Assembly (NCBI GenBank): GCA_021803245.1
Contig: JAJZLT010000016.1
Coordinates: forward strand, 1-63,098
Reading direction: 5' to 3'
Length of the DNA stretch: 63,098 nucleotides
DNA from: Candidatus Micrarchaeota archaeon
GTDB lineage: Archaea; Micrarchaeota; Micrarchaeia; Micrarchaeales; CABMGC01
In this document: positions 38,591 through 48,760 of the stretch, one piece after another
Layout: the number at the start of each line of letters is the position of its first letter
How positions within the stretch are numbered: position 1 is the first letter of the stretch
The notes under the pieces: generated by a model
What the model saw: only the letters and a program-made list of their open reading frames with translations
Told to the model about the DNA's origin: nothing
Databases searched by the model: none
Position numbers and translations under genes: made by a program

Positions 38591-38764
38591 ATGGCAAAAC
38601 TCTATAGATGCCTGAACTGTGGAGATGCAGTAAGCGGGAGGGCCTTCTATTGCGATGGATGCAGCGGATATGTCTGCACTAATTGCGTAGTGTCGCAGGA
38701 CGGCGCCGAATACACATGCCCGAACTGCGGAAGCAGCGTTCAGCAAATGGTCGTGCAGAGTTGA
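38591..38764 (+). CDS. 57-aa zinc-finger microprotein with four CxxC pairs (missed by ORF track)
   Basis: MAKLYRCLNCGDAVSGRAFYCDGCSGYVCTNCVVSQDGAEYTCPNCGSSVQQMVVQS; TATA-like TTTTATAAA about 30 nt upstream. Confidence 0.85.
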   Translation: MAKLYRCLNCGDAVSGRAFYCDGCSGYVCTNCVVSQDGAEYTCPNCGSSVQQMVVQS

Positions 38765-38830
38765 CTTTGAATTTACATTGTAAAACAGGTTATGCGAGGT
38801 TAGCCGTCTTTATCTCTTATCGATGGGGCC

Positions 38831-39808
38831 ATGAAACATATAGATCCGCATGTGCATTGCAGAGACTGGGAGCAGTCGTATAAGGCAACTATAAGGTCGG
38901 TTACTGAAACCGCAAGGAGCCAGGGGATAGTGGCATTTGTGGATATGCCTAATACTAGCCCGAGCATAACCAACGAAGAGCTTGTAAAGCGCAGGCTTGA
39001 TACCGCCAGGAAGGAAGGCTGTCTTGAGGGCTACTACCTTTACATAGGTGTTACCAACGACCCAAGCCAGATAAAAGAGGCAGCAAGGATAGCAGAAACT
39101 AATCCAAGAGTGGCTGGAATCAAGATGTTTGCCGGCAGGTCTACAGGGAGCCTTGCCATTACAGACGAAAAGGCACAAGCGCAAGTGTATCGGGTTCTCT
39201 CTGATGCAGGATACGAAGGAGTGCTGGCAGTCCACTGTGAGAAGGAAAGCCTGTTCAAGCCGGAACTTTGGGACCCCTCCAGGCCATATACGTGGAATCT
39301 TGCAAGGCCTCCTGAAGCGGAAGTGGAATCAGTAAGGGATCAGATAAGATTTGCCGCTGAAGCAGGAATGGGCGCGCATCTGCATATTCTTCACGTAACC
39401 GTGCCTGAAGCAGTAGAGTTGATAAGCGATGCACGCGGCGCTATGAAGATAAGCTGCGGAGTTACGCCGCACCACCTTACCATTTCAACAGATGAGATGC
39501 AGGACGCTTCCGGGCTCGTATACAAGGTAAATCCGCCCATAAGGGAACCAGGATATACTGAAGAGCTTGTCAGATTACTCAGGGAAGGGAAGATAGACTG
39601 GATTGAAACCGATCACGCACCCCATGCGCCTGCGGAGAAGGTTTATGACCCTTCCAAATCCCCTACACAGTATATGTCTGGAATTCCCAGTATGAACTCC
39701 TATTCATTATTCCTAAAGAGCCTTTCAAAGCAGGGATTCACGCGTGACAAGATAGAGCGGCTTACATATTCCAACATTAAAAATGTGATAAGGAAGATAA
39801 CTGAATAA
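38831..39808 (+). CDS. pyrC: Dihydroorotase (cyclic amidohydrolase)
   Basis: IDPHVHCR, DMPNTSP, GIKMF, VHCE, HILHVT, KVNPPIR, TDHAPH. Confidence 0.8.
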   Translation: MKHIDPHVHCRDWEQSYKATIRSVTETARSQGIVAFVDMPNTSPSITNEELVKRRLDTARKEGCLEGYYLYIGVTNDPSQIKEAARIAETNPRVAGIKMFAGRSTGSLAITDEKAQAQVYRVLSDAGYEGVLAVHCEKESLFKPELWDPSRPYTWNLARPPEAEVESVRDQIRFAAEAGMGAHLHILHVTVPEAVELISDARGAMKISCGVTPHHLTISTDEMQDASGLVYKVNPPIREPGYTEELVRLLREGKIDWIETDHAPHAPAEKVYDPSKSPTQYMSGIPSMNSYSLFLKSLSKQGFTRDKIERLTYSNIKNVIRKITE

Positions 39809-39823
39809 GGAAAGAATGGTTTT

Positions 39824-40657
39824 ATGAGAATCTTAATAACTAAGATGCATGGACTTGGAAACAGCTACCTCATAATGGAGGATTTGGAGAGATCGCTTGA
39901 ACAGTATTATCAGGCATTGTCTAAGAAACTCTCCAGCAAAGATTACGGCATTGGCTCGGATGGTATGCTTGTGGTAAACAATAGCAAAAGCAAAATTGCA
40001 AAGTACAGGATGCGTGTCTTTAATCCTGATGGAAGCGAAGCAGAGATGTCAGGAAATGGGGCCAGGATCTTTGGAAGCTATCTCTACAGGAAGAAGCTCG
40101 TAGAAGATATGTGCACTGTAGAAGCCGGAGGTAGCAACGGCGGCAGGTTGCTAAGTGTAGAAATAGAGAATGAGGAGTATGTGGGCGTTGACGTAGGCGA
40201 GGCAAGGCTGCTGGGTGAACTGTCCGTACTGGCTGGAAAGCGCAGACTGAAAGGAAGCGTAGTCAATGTGGGAAACCCGCATTTTGTGGTATTTGTGGGG
40301 GACGAAAATAATGCGTTTGACGATGCACTAAAATATGGCAGATTAATAGAGACAAGCAAGGCATTTGCACCTGCAGGCACAAATGCGGAATTTGTTTTTG
40401 TGTCTGGAAGGCATGACCTCTCAATGGGAGTATGGGAGCGTGGAGTTGGCGTGACTTCCTCTTGCGGAAGTGGAGCCTGCGCAGCAGCATATGCCGCTGT
40501 CAAAAAGAATTTGGTGGAGAATCCTGTTCAGGTCAAAGTTGCCGGAGGCATTCTTGTGGTAAGGGCCGGGGAGAAAAAGGTGTTCCTCTCAGGCCCAGTA
40601 GAATACATTATGGAATGCAGGATTGATACTGAGGATATACTTCCGCATAAGACGTAA
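39824..40657 (+). CDS. dapF: Diaminopimelate epimerase-like protein
   Basis: KMHGLGN, GIGSDG, FNPDGSEAEMSGNG, VGNPHFV, NAEF, WERGVGVTSSCGSGACA; first catalytic Cys replaced by Ser. Confidence 0.8.
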   Translation: MRILITKMHGLGNSYLIMEDLERSLEQYYQALSKKLSSKDYGIGSDGMLVVNNSKSKIAKYRMRVFNPDGSEAEMSGNGARIFGSYLYRKKLVEDMCTVEAGGSNGGRLLSVEIENEEYVGVDVGEARLLGELSVLAGKRRLKGSVVNVGNPHFVVFVGDENNAFDDALKYGRLIETSKAFAPAGTNAEFVFVSGRHDLSMGVWERGVGVTSSCGSGACAAAYAAVKKNLVENPVQVKVAGGILVVRAGEKKVFLSGPVEYIMECRIDTEDILPHKT

Positions 40658-41007
40658 TTCTTTACGGCATTTGCGCATGTCGCTTCTCCATTGGCTTCGC
40701 ATGTCCCATATTGGCAAGCGTATATCATTCGCTATGTATTCCTGTCCTTCTTTACAAATATACGCGGCTTATCCTCTTTCTCCGTAATCGCAACATGCCA
40801 TAACATTGTATCCAGCATTAAACAGGAAAAGGTAAAGCCGGAGTCTTATGGGATTGGAGTGGCGGTGAAAGAATGGGGCGGGTAGGGATGAGAATAGTAT
40901 ATTATCCTTCCACGCCATACCAAAACCCAGTATATATTTCTCTTTTGCAATTTATATACTGTTTGAAAATTTGCAATTGGTTTGGCAAAACGTGTTATTT
41001 TGTAAAT

Positions 41008-42066
41008 TCATGCTCTCTGAAAAGTTTCTTCTCCAAAATCAGCAATCCATGCAACCTTATTGTACTCCTTGCGTATGTCGACATTCCTTATCGGGATCCT
41101 GCCAAGAAGCACATCGCTTACCTCAGCATAATCGATCTTTATGCCGTTCTCCGCAAACAGCCTTTTATGATATCGGATATCGGCTTTGTATGCAATATCG
41201 CTATTATCGAAGACACCGAGCGTGAAGAAGTCGTAGTTGCCTATCAGGGGTGCACAGATAAGATACCTGCTTAAGAGAGGGTTCTCATCGTCGCTCATGA
41301 AGGCGAGGCGTGCGCGCGCGGACTCATTCTCATACTCTTCCGAGAGCGTGTAGCTGCTGAAGAACGTCATAAACGAAATGCCCTTTATCAGGCTCATGGT
41401 TATTGTTGGCCTTTTTATGTAGCCCAGCTCTATAAGCTTGTAATAGTTGTATTTTACGGTGTTAAAATGCATTCCCAATTCCTTTGAAATTTGTTGGAAG
41501 GACATTCTGGAATTTTCATTTAGAAGCCTTAGTATCGACTTGTATTTGCCGTCTATTCTGGATTTTGATATTGCCTCATCGCGTACCGGGAAGAATCCAA
41601 GCTGCCTGTGCACGACTTCCGACTGCCTCCACTCGGTGTTATACTCGCCTAGCAATATTCTCATGCTCCTGTCCCATTTTACGTAATCCCTGGAGGAGAA
41701 TGCATTTGCATAAATCACCATATCGTACGCGCCTTTCGTAGCAAACGCCAGCTGCGGAACATATGATTTGAGAAGCAATTCTTTTATTTTCCCGTAATCA
41801 GACGGCTTCTGCCTGAATCTCACAGCGATCAAGTGCGGGTTCGAAAACCCAAGCATGCGCTCATCCATTTCCAGAGTATACTTCATGCCAAGCCCGCTTT
41901 GCAGTTTGGAAAGCCTCTCCTTGGCGGTGGGCCGGGATATGCCTGTCTTTGCGGCTATCTCCATAACGGGCATGCGTGCATTTTCAGAGAGCAACCTGGT
42001 AATTTTTCTTGAGACAATGCTATAGTCCTTGTTAAAGCGGCTCTGAATCTTGTACTCCTCTGACAT
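41008..42066 (-). CDS. Lrp/AsnC-family regulator with two HTH modules
   Basis: LLSENARMPVMEIAAKTGISRPTAKERL and LLNENSRMSFQQISKELGMHFNTVKY. Confidence 0.85.
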   Translation of the reverse strand: MSEEYKIQSRFNKDYSIVSRKITRLLSENARMPVMEIAAKTGISRPTAKERLSKLQSGLGMKYTLEMDERMLGFSNPHLIAVRFRQKPSDYGKIKELLLKSYVPQLAFATKGAYDMVIYANAFSSRDYVKWDRSMRILLGEYNTEWRQSEVVHRQLGFFPVRDEAISKSRIDGKYKSILRLLNENSRMSFQQISKELGMHFNTVKYNYYKLIELGYIKRPTITMSLIKGISFMTFFSSYTLSEEYENESARARLAFMSDDENPLLSRYLICAPLIGNYDFFTLGVFDNSDIAYKADIRYHKRLFAENGIKIDYAEVSDVLLGRIPIRNVDIRKEYNKVAWIADFGEETFQRA

Positions 42067-42155
42067 AAGATTATATGGAAGCCAATCATTATAATACTTT
42101 CAAAATAACTAAAATTAACATCTAAATTGCATAATAATGGAGCGTTTAAATTAAT

Positions 42156-43439
42156 ATGCAGATGATTAACCTTATGCAGATAAAATTAAGGGCATACTTA
42201 TTCATAACATTCTCGCTGGTTGGAGGGGCTCTCTTTCCACTGGCGTTAAAGGTAGCAGATAACAACGGAATCAGCATATTCGCTTTTATGTTCATGGCCT
42301 ACCTTATAGCGGCTCCGGCTTCCCTGCTCCTCGTACTTGCCCGGAAGAAAGCCGCCAAGCTGAGAGGCTATCTGATGAATCCCAAGGAATTCCTTCTGAT
42401 AGGGACGATGGGTTTTCTGAGTGTTGCATTTGCCGACTATGGGCTTATCTACGCGGAGCAATTTGTAAGCGCTTCACTGGCAACTGTTATATACAGGATG
42501 CAGCCGCTGCTAATGCTGCTTTTCCTGCCCATTCTGCTCAAGGAAAAGGTATCGAAGATACAGATAGCTGCACTTGCGATAGCATTTGTAGGCATTTACA
42601 TCGCATTGACCGGAGGCAGTTTTTCTGTCTTTTCAGGCGCAAATGAGTTAACCATAACATTCCTCGTTTTTATGACTTTGATTGTCTCGTTCTCCACAGT
42701 TTTTCTGAAACGGTATACCTCAGATATGGAAAGCTCCATGTTTATGTTTAATATAGTAGCCCTTGCCATAGCTTCTTTCCTCTTTATTTACAGCGGTGCT
42801 GCCTTTCCGATACTGAATCCAGGCACATTTGCAGCACTTCTTTATATAGGCATTATTGCGAATATAGCGGTGCCGTTCTTCTATTACAGCTCCTTCAGGG
42901 TGCTGAAAACCACATTCGTTACAAATCTTTACTTCCTCTCCCCATTTATAACAATACTTTTTGCAGGGTTGCTTTTGAACGAACCCATTTATGCCTATTA
43001 CCTGATCATAGCAGTATTGGTAGCTATTGGCATATCCATACAGCGGCTGGATAAGAAAGGGGGCACCTATGTTTCCAGGGGCAGCAAGGCAGCAGAGAAC
43101 TATCTTCAGATATTTGACGTTACAAGCGCATTCACGAACACCAAAGTTGGTGCGATAGATACAACTATGCGCGGCAGCGGGAGGGTATTGGCAGTGAAGC
43201 TTGATAGCAGATCCTACGAGAGGATAAAGGAAGAGGTAAGGAAAGAGCTGGAGAGACTAGGCCGGCCTCTCTTTATTTATACCAATTCCGATGGGCATCT
43301 TGTAAGTGAAGAGGAGAATAAGTTTATATCCGACATACTTGAAGTAAGGGAAAATGAGACTGTGCTTATGAGCGCAGGAAATCCCGAAGAAAGCGAGAGA
43401 CTGTTTGACGATGTAAACAACAGGCTTCTTGGGGATTGA
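42156..43439 (+). CDS. EamA/DMT-family transporter with soluble C-terminal extension
   Basis: About 10 TM; VSASLATVIYRMQPLL, LLKEKV, LSPFITILFAGLLLNEPI; ~130 aa tail. Confidence 0.85.
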   Translation: MQMINLMQIKLRAYLFITFSLVGGALFPLALKVADNNGISIFAFMFMAYLIAAPASLLLVLARKKAAKLRGYLMNPKEFLLIGTMGFLSVAFADYGLIYAEQFVSASLATVIYRMQPLLMLLFLPILLKEKVSKIQIAALAIAFVGIYIALTGGSFSVFSGANELTITFLVFMTLIVSFSTVFLKRYTSDMESSMFMFNIVALAIASFLFIYSGAAFPILNPGTFAALLYIGIIANIAVPFFYYSSFRVLKTTFVTNLYFLSPFITILFAGLLLNEPIYAYYLIIAVLVAIGISIQRLDKKGGTYVSRGSKAAENYLQIFDVTSAFTNTKVGAIDTTMRGSGRVLAVKLDSRSYERIKEEVRKELERLGRPLFIYTNSDGHLVSEEENKFISDILEVRENETVLMSAGNPEESERLFDDVNNRLLGD

Positions 43440-44321
43440 CTATTCAAGGCCGCTGATAGCGCGCGCAATGTCCGGGGAGACATCGAATACGCTCGCACTT
43501 TCATACGGCACTGTGTTCGACCCGTATATCTTTGAGACTCCTGCATTTTTCAACTTTCCATAGGCGTCGTTAACCATTAGGAGATGCGCTGCCGCAGCGA
43601 AAATATCTTTAGCGCCGTTTGCCTTAAGCAGCCTGGCTGCTGCCACGATTGTTCCGCCGGTTGTTATCATATCGTCAACTATAACCGCCACTTTGCCTTC
43701 TGGATCCTTCCTTAACGATTCTACTATCTTAACCTCGCCTGTCTTCCTATCCCTTTCCTTATCTATGTAATCGCATTCGCATCCCAATTCCTCTGCAAGC
43801 GACATTGCACGCGGATAACTGCTCCTGTCAGGAGCGAGCACGAATGGCTCATCCACATCTTTCCTTAGTTTCTCAGCCAGCGGCCTTGTCATCCCTATCA
43901 AGGCAACCTTACCTCTGAAAATTGTCTCCAGGTCAGGCTTATGTGGCTCTACTGTTACCAATGAGCCTATCCCCGCATTATCGAAGAGCTTCAGCACAGT
44001 CTTTATGCTTACCGGCTCGCCGTCGCTAAATTGCTTGTTCTGCCTCGCATAGGCAAGGTACGGAACAACAGCAGTTATGCTCTTTGCGCCCATCGCTTTT
44101 ACCGTATCGGCCATGAGGAGCAGCTCAATTATGTGTTTGTCCTGCGGCTGGTATGTTGACTGCACTATTACCACGTTATCGGGATCATGAAGCTCGGGTA
44201 TCCGCAGATATGATTCGCTGTCAGGGAAGATCTTATGCTCTGTGGAGAGATACTCACTTCCCAATATTCTTGCAACCTCTCTGCCTATGCCATTGCCTGC
44301 CGGGCCGTCTATTATTATCAT
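43440..44321 (-). CDS. prs: Ribose-phosphate pyrophosphokinase
   Basis: FPDSESYLR, VPYLAYARQ, LAPD, VIVDDMITTGGT; start ATG 44321. Confidence 0.95.
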   Translation of the reverse strand: MIIIDGPAGNGIGREVARILGSEYLSTEHKIFPDSESYLRIPELHDPDNVVIVQSTYQPQDKHIIELLLMADTVKAMGAKSITAVVPYLAYARQNKQFSDGEPVSIKTVLKLFDNAGIGSLVTVEPHKPDLETIFRGKVALIGMTRPLAEKLRKDVDEPFVLAPDRSSYPRAMSLAEELGCECDYIDKERDRKTGEVKIVESLRKDPEGKVAVIVDDMITTGGTIVAAARLLKANGAKDIFAAAAHLLMVNDAYGKLKNAGVSKIYGSNTVPYESASVFDVSPDIARAISGLE

Positions 44322-44322
44322 A

Positions 44323-44790
44323 CTATTTCCTTTTGCTGAATTTTTTCTCAATATTATTTATTTTCTCTATTCTTCTCTTGTGCCTCTCTTCCTCGCTGAA
44401 GCCATTCTTCAGCCAGGCCTCCACAATCTTCTCTGCCATCTGTGGTCTTACAAACCTCTCGCCCATGCATAATACATTAACATTGCCGTGTTCTTTAGCA
44501 ACTACCGCAGATGCCTTGTTCCAGCAGACTGCCGCATGTATGCCCGGAATCTTATTTGCAGCTCTGTCCATGCCCTGGCCGGAGCCGCAGAGCAGTATGC
44601 CTTTGCCTTTAGAATTAAGCACCTTCCTGCAGACCTTGAGTGCGTAATCCGGATAATCATCTTCCTTGTTGTAAGAATATGGGCCCATGTCCTCTACACT
44701 ATAGCCTGCCTGCTTCAGAAACCTGCCTATTTTGTTTTTGAGGTTAAACCCGGCATGATCGCTGCCTATGTAGATTCTTGTCGAAGCCAC
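44323..44790 (-). CDS. rpiB: Ribose-5-phosphate isomerase B
   Basis: GSDHAGF, DDYPD, CGSGQG, ANKIPGI, EHGNVNVL, RHKRRI. Confidence 0.93.
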   Translation of the reverse strand: MASTRIYIGSDHAGFNLKNKIGRFLKQAGYSVEDMGPYSYNKEDDYPDYALKVCRKVLNSKGKGILLCGSGQGMDRAANKIPGIHAAVCWNKASAVVAKEHGNVNVLCMGERFVRPQMAEKIVEAWLKNGFSEEERHKRRIEKINNIEKKFSKRK

Positions 44791-44858
44791 TTTAACCTCC
44801 AGTCAATATAGAGAAAGCAGTATTTTAATATCTTGCGGGTTATCCGCGGCCGCCGAGG

Positions 44859-45551
44859 CTATTGCTTCTTAGCCATCTCTTTTATTTTTAGTACTATGCC
44901 GTAGTACCTTTGCGCTCCCTTTGAAAAGGCCCTTATCCTCTTTGACCTAAGCTCAAGATTCGAATTAAGCAGCGAGATCTCGCCCTTTTTCAGGAATCTC
45001 AGCAAGCTGCCTCTCCGCCTTGCAATCTCCTTTGATATGACCTCGGCTTCTCTCCTTTCCTTGTCTGACTTTACTGCGAGCGTGCTGGCTCTGTGCTCCA
45101 GTTTATGTATATGGTCATTAAGATGCTTCTCGACAGTGTCTGCATCTTTGGCCTTGAGGGTAAGCCCTGCAACAAAATAGCTCAGCGAATCAGGATCATG
45201 CGTGTACTTATAAGCGGCAGTTGCCGCCTCTATGGACGAGAGGTACCTCTGCAACTCGTCCCTCTCCATCTTTTTGGCATGTGCAATTACATTTGGCATG
45301 CACATGTATTCATACTCCAGTGTACCAAGCAGATTGTGCATCCTTGTCGCATGCTCCTCCAGCGCCGTTATTGCGACCGGCTTTGTACTTCCCTGCTGGG
45401 CCTTTCCTGCCCAATTTTCCTTGACCACCTGCCTCAGTATGTTTGTATAGAAATTATCTCTCTGCTGCGGCATCTGGATTTTTTCAATAGCCTTCTCTTG
45501 GGGCTTCTTTACGCTCTCACCAACAGAGCGTACCAGGGTTTCTACCATCAT
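44859..45551 (-). CDS. Hypothetical coiled-coil protein
   Basis: 230 aa helical ORF directly downstream of gltX. Confidence 0.65.
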   Translation of the reverse strand: MMVETLVRSVGESVKKPQEKAIEKIQMPQQRDNFYTNILRQVVKENWAGKAQQGSTKPVAITALEEHATRMHNLLGTLEYEYMCMPNVIAHAKKMERDELQRYLSSIEAATAAYKYTHDPDSLSYFVAGLTLKAKDADTVEKHLNDHIHKLEHRASTLAVKSDKERREAEVISKEIARRRGSLLRFLKKGEISLLNSNLELRSKRIRAFSKGAQRYYGIVLKIKEMAKKQ

Positions 45552-45560
45552 GAATCTCCT

Positions 45561-47282
45561 CTACAGGGATATAAATGATCTGCTTTTGGATTCATCCAGT
45601 TTAAAGAATCCTCTCCCTTCAAGCTGGACTACGTCGCCAATGGTAAGTTTATCAACATATCCTTCTATAAACCCTACTGTTCTTTTTATGCTATCCTCAT
45701 TGAAGTTGTCGCCTGAAAGCAGATCCCCTATGTTGATAAGCACGCAGCTGCGGTAGTTGCCTTCGTTCAGCCAAACAATGCGCGTATAAGGTTCCTGAGG
45801 CTGCGCATACTCGGCTTCTATCGAGCCGTTGATTACTTTAGTCACTTTGACAGTAAAGAGATCCATCAGCTTGAGTATGGCGCCCTCCTTTACGCTTTCT
45901 GCTGAGGCTTCGTCTATCATGAAAACATTGTTTAGCAGATACTCCCTCTTTTCATGGTTTCCGCCTGTGTTCGCTTCCATGCTGACCTTTTTATTCTCTT
46001 CAGGTATGGACTTCACAATCAGGCTTATGGGCTTCTCCACGAAGAAGAGCCTCTTTGCGTTTTTCTCTATGAGCCTGCGATTTATGCTCAACAGCGCCTC
46101 TATGCTTGAGACGCTCTCCGACTTTCCCATGCCAAAGCTAAGCGCAAACTCCCTGATGGCTTCTGGCTTTACGCCTCTCTTTCTCAGGGCAGCTATTGTC
46201 GCAAGTCTTACGTCATCGAAACCGGATATGCGCCCATCTTTTATCATTTCCCTTATCTCCCTCTTTGAGGTAACGTTGTTTGCTATCTCTACTATTGCGA
46301 AGCTGGTTATTCTCGGCTTCCTGAGGCCAAGGGCATCAAGAATAGCGTAGTATAGATTGTCCCTCATCTCATACCGCTTGTCCCTGAGGGTGTCTGTTAT
46401 TCCGTTTATTGAATCCATGATTGGAGTGCAGAAGTCGTATGTAGGCCAGACAGAATACTTGTCTCCCTGGCGGTAATGCCAGGCTTTCTTTATCCTGAAA
46501 AGGGTGGGATCGCGCATCGTGGTATTTATCGCTTTCATATCTGAGTTGAAACGCAGTATTGCTTCGTTCTCATTGAATTCCTTTTTCATCATCTTGTTCC
46601 AGAGCTCCGCGTTCGTGCTTACTTTCTGCGCCTTGTGCTCGCATGGTATTCCGGATGCCCTGCCTTCCTTTATCTTATCCCCATTGCATAAGCACACATA
46701 TGCTTTGCCACCATCAATCATGGCCTGTGCGTAGTTGTACAGCATAGGTATGCTATCGCTCGCGTAGTATTCCTTGTCGAATTTGACTCCGAGCCACTCC
46801 AGGTCCACTTTGATCGCATCTACAAACTCCTGTTTTTCATTCTCGGCGTTTGTATCGTCAAAGTAAAGCAGCAGTTTCCCTTCGTAGATGCTCCTGAGCG
46901 TGTCTTCTATAAATATTGCTTTGGCATGGCCGAGGTGCAGGTAGCCGCCTGGTTCCGGAGGAAACCGGGTAATGAATTTGCCTTTTTCTGCTCCTGGTAT
47001 CGAGAAGTTATGCTTTGACGAACTCTCCGCCTTTGCCTGCCTTTCGGCTTCAAACTCTTCCATGTAGGAGCTCGCTTCGCGCGCTATCCCTTCTTTGCCC
47101 AGCATGTTTACTTCTTCAACGATCCTCCCGACTTCCTCAGAGAGCATTTGCCTTTCATTTTTGAGTTCGGGAAATTTTGACAGTATCTTTCCAATCACAG
47201 CGCCTGCGTGCGCGGCGCCGTAGTCTGATGCATTTTTTAATGCTATCTTCCTTATTTCACGCCTTAGCGCCTCGCTTTCCAT
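45561..47282 (-). CDS. gltX: Glutamate--tRNA ligase (archaeal type)
   Basis: TRFPPEPGGYLHLGHAKA, FDDTN, MRDPTLFR, WPTYDF, SKR, GFDDVRLATI. Confidence 0.95.
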   Translation of the reverse strand: MESEALRREIRKIALKNASDYGAAHAGAVIGKILSKFPELKNERQMLSEEVGRIVEEVNMLGKEGIAREASSYMEEFEAERQAKAESSSKHNFSIPGAEKGKFITRFPPEPGGYLHLGHAKAIFIEDTLRSIYEGKLLLYFDDTNAENEKQEFVDAIKVDLEWLGVKFDKEYYASDSIPMLYNYAQAMIDGGKAYVCLCNGDKIKEGRASGIPCEHKAQKVSTNAELWNKMMKKEFNENEAILRFNSDMKAINTTMRDPTLFRIKKAWHYRQGDKYSVWPTYDFCTPIMDSINGITDTLRDKRYEMRDNLYYAILDALGLRKPRITSFAIVEIANNVTSKREIREMIKDGRISGFDDVRLATIAALRKRGVKPEAIREFALSFGMGKSESVSSIEALLSINRRLIEKNAKRLFFVEKPISLIVKSIPEENKKVSMEANTGGNHEKREYLLNNVFMIDEASAESVKEGAILKLMDLFTVKVTKVINGSIEAEYAQPQEPYTRIVWLNEGNYRSCVLINIGDLLSGDNFNEDSIKRTVGFIEGYVDKLTIGDVVQLEGRGFFKLDESKSRSFISL

Positions 47283-47288
47283 CTTTAT

Positions 47289-47903
47289 TCAGCCTTTGAG
47301 AAGTTTCATGCTGTATATGGAGCCATTCTGCGTAACCAGCGCAAGTATCCTGACGCTTATGCTGTTGGAGGGGCTGGAATTAAGCTGCTGGAGCACTGTC
47401 CCCTTTCTGAAGCTTGCAGGAACAAGAAGGTTATAACTTTGTGAATTTATTACAAGGCTTATCGTAGGCGGAACTGTGACTATCGCGCCGCCGTAGAACT
47501 TCGTGCAGTTAAAATAAGCCTGGCCCATGTTTTTGGCCATGTATCCGTAGAGCTGCTGGCCGGTCATATTCCCGGATTGCGAAAGCGCCAGCAGTATGGA
47601 ACTTGAATTGACAGAGGAATAGAATAGGGTGTCGTTGTCAGAGAGCGGCGCTACTGCAGCTTTGACTGCATTTATTGCAGGAATGGCATTTGGCGTGCAT
47701 ACGGAAGTCGCCAGAAGCGTATAGTTGTATCCGATTACAACAGTATTTGCATTGCCTGAAGCATACGTTGTTTGCGGAACAGTGGTGGTCGACGCCACAG
47801 TAGTTGTGGCTGAGCCTGTGCCTCCGAATGCCGCGTATGAAGTAAGGAAGGCTACGGCTAAAAAGAGGAGCACTATGAATTCTATTGCGCGTTTTTTGTC
47901 CAT
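47289..47903 (-). CDS. Membrane-anchored surface protein
   Basis: Start ATG 47903; KKR plus TM helix, Thr-rich linker, NxS/T sequons. Confidence 0.7.
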   Translation of the reverse strand: MDKKRAIEFIVLLFLAVAFLTSYAAFGGTGSATTTVASTTTVPQTTYASGNANTVVIGYNYTLLATSVCTPNAIPAINAVKAAVAPLSDNDTLFYSSVNSSSILLALSQSGNMTGQQLYGYMAKNMGQAYFNCTKFYGGAIVTVPPTISLVINSQSYNLLVPASFRKGTVLQQLNSSPSNSISVRILALVTQNGSIYSMKLLKG

Positions 47904-48044
47904 CGTAAACACATCCGAACCAGGAAAGCTGCTTTCCACTAAGATAGAAACATATAAATTACAGAGCAAACTTAGATAAATGTATTTTTAAGATATTATT
48001 CGGTTATTCCATACTTTAAAACTTTCTATTTGAGACGTGATTAA

Positions 48045-48740
48045 ATGAGTTTCAGCGATGGAGATTTCGTAAAGATACAGTACAATTTATGGAGGGCTTC
48101 GGACGGCGAGCTTATACAGACAACAGACAGAAAATTGGCTGAGGAAAAGGGAATATACAAAGAAGACAGGAAATACACGCCGCAACTGGTAGTTGTAGGA
48201 AAAGGAAACCTGCTAAAAAGCATTGATGCTGTGCTGAAAGAGATGAAGATAGGCGAGGAAAAGAAGGTAGAACTTGAAGCCAAAGATGCTTATGGGGAGA
48301 GAAGCAAGGACCTTGTGCAGGTAATGCCTCTTTCTGAGTTCAGGAAGAGAGATATGGATCCTTATCCAGGCATGCAGGTAGACCTTGATGGAACTATAGC
48401 GACAGTAGTGAGCGTCAACTCTAGCCGCGTTATGGTAGATGCAAATCACCCGCTTGCAGGACAAAAGCTTGCTTACGAGATAAAAGTTGTAGAAAAGGTA
48501 GAAAAGGAGGGCGAGAAAATCAAGGCGTTGGCTGAATCATACGATCTTTCTGCAGAAGGCGTTGAGGCATCTTCAGGGACGGTAAAAGTAAGATTCGGCG
48601 CAGAAATTAAAAAGGATGCCGATTATTTCTTGAACAAATCAAGGTTCACTGCAGCAGTTATGGAGTATATGCCTGAAGTGAAGAAGGTAGTGGTGGAAGA
48701 GGAGTACGCAAGGGAGAAATCCGAAAACAGCAAAGATTAG
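48045..48740 (+). CDS. FKBP-type peptidyl-prolyl isomerase (SlyD-like, long archaeal form)
   Basis: GDFVKIQY, AYGER, PYPGMQV, VDANHPLAGQKLAYEIKV. Confidence 0.93.
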   Translation: MSFSDGDFVKIQYNLWRASDGELIQTTDRKLAEEKGIYKEDRKYTPQLVVVGKGNLLKSIDAVLKEMKIGEEKKVELEAKDAYGERSKDLVQVMPLSEFRKRDMDPYPGMQVDLDGTIATVVSVNSSRVMVDANHPLAGQKLAYEIKVVEKVEKEGEKIKALAESYDLSAEGVEASSGTVKVRFGAEIKKDADYFLNKSRFTAAVMEYMPEVKKVVVEEEYAREKSENSKD

Positions 48741-48760
48741 AAGCGTAAAGTAAAGCAGCT

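Noticed and set aside
40658..41007. Possible small gene or ncRNA between dapF and the Lrp regulator
   Set aside because: Several short ORFs and a G-rich patch, but no convincing motif or stable structure
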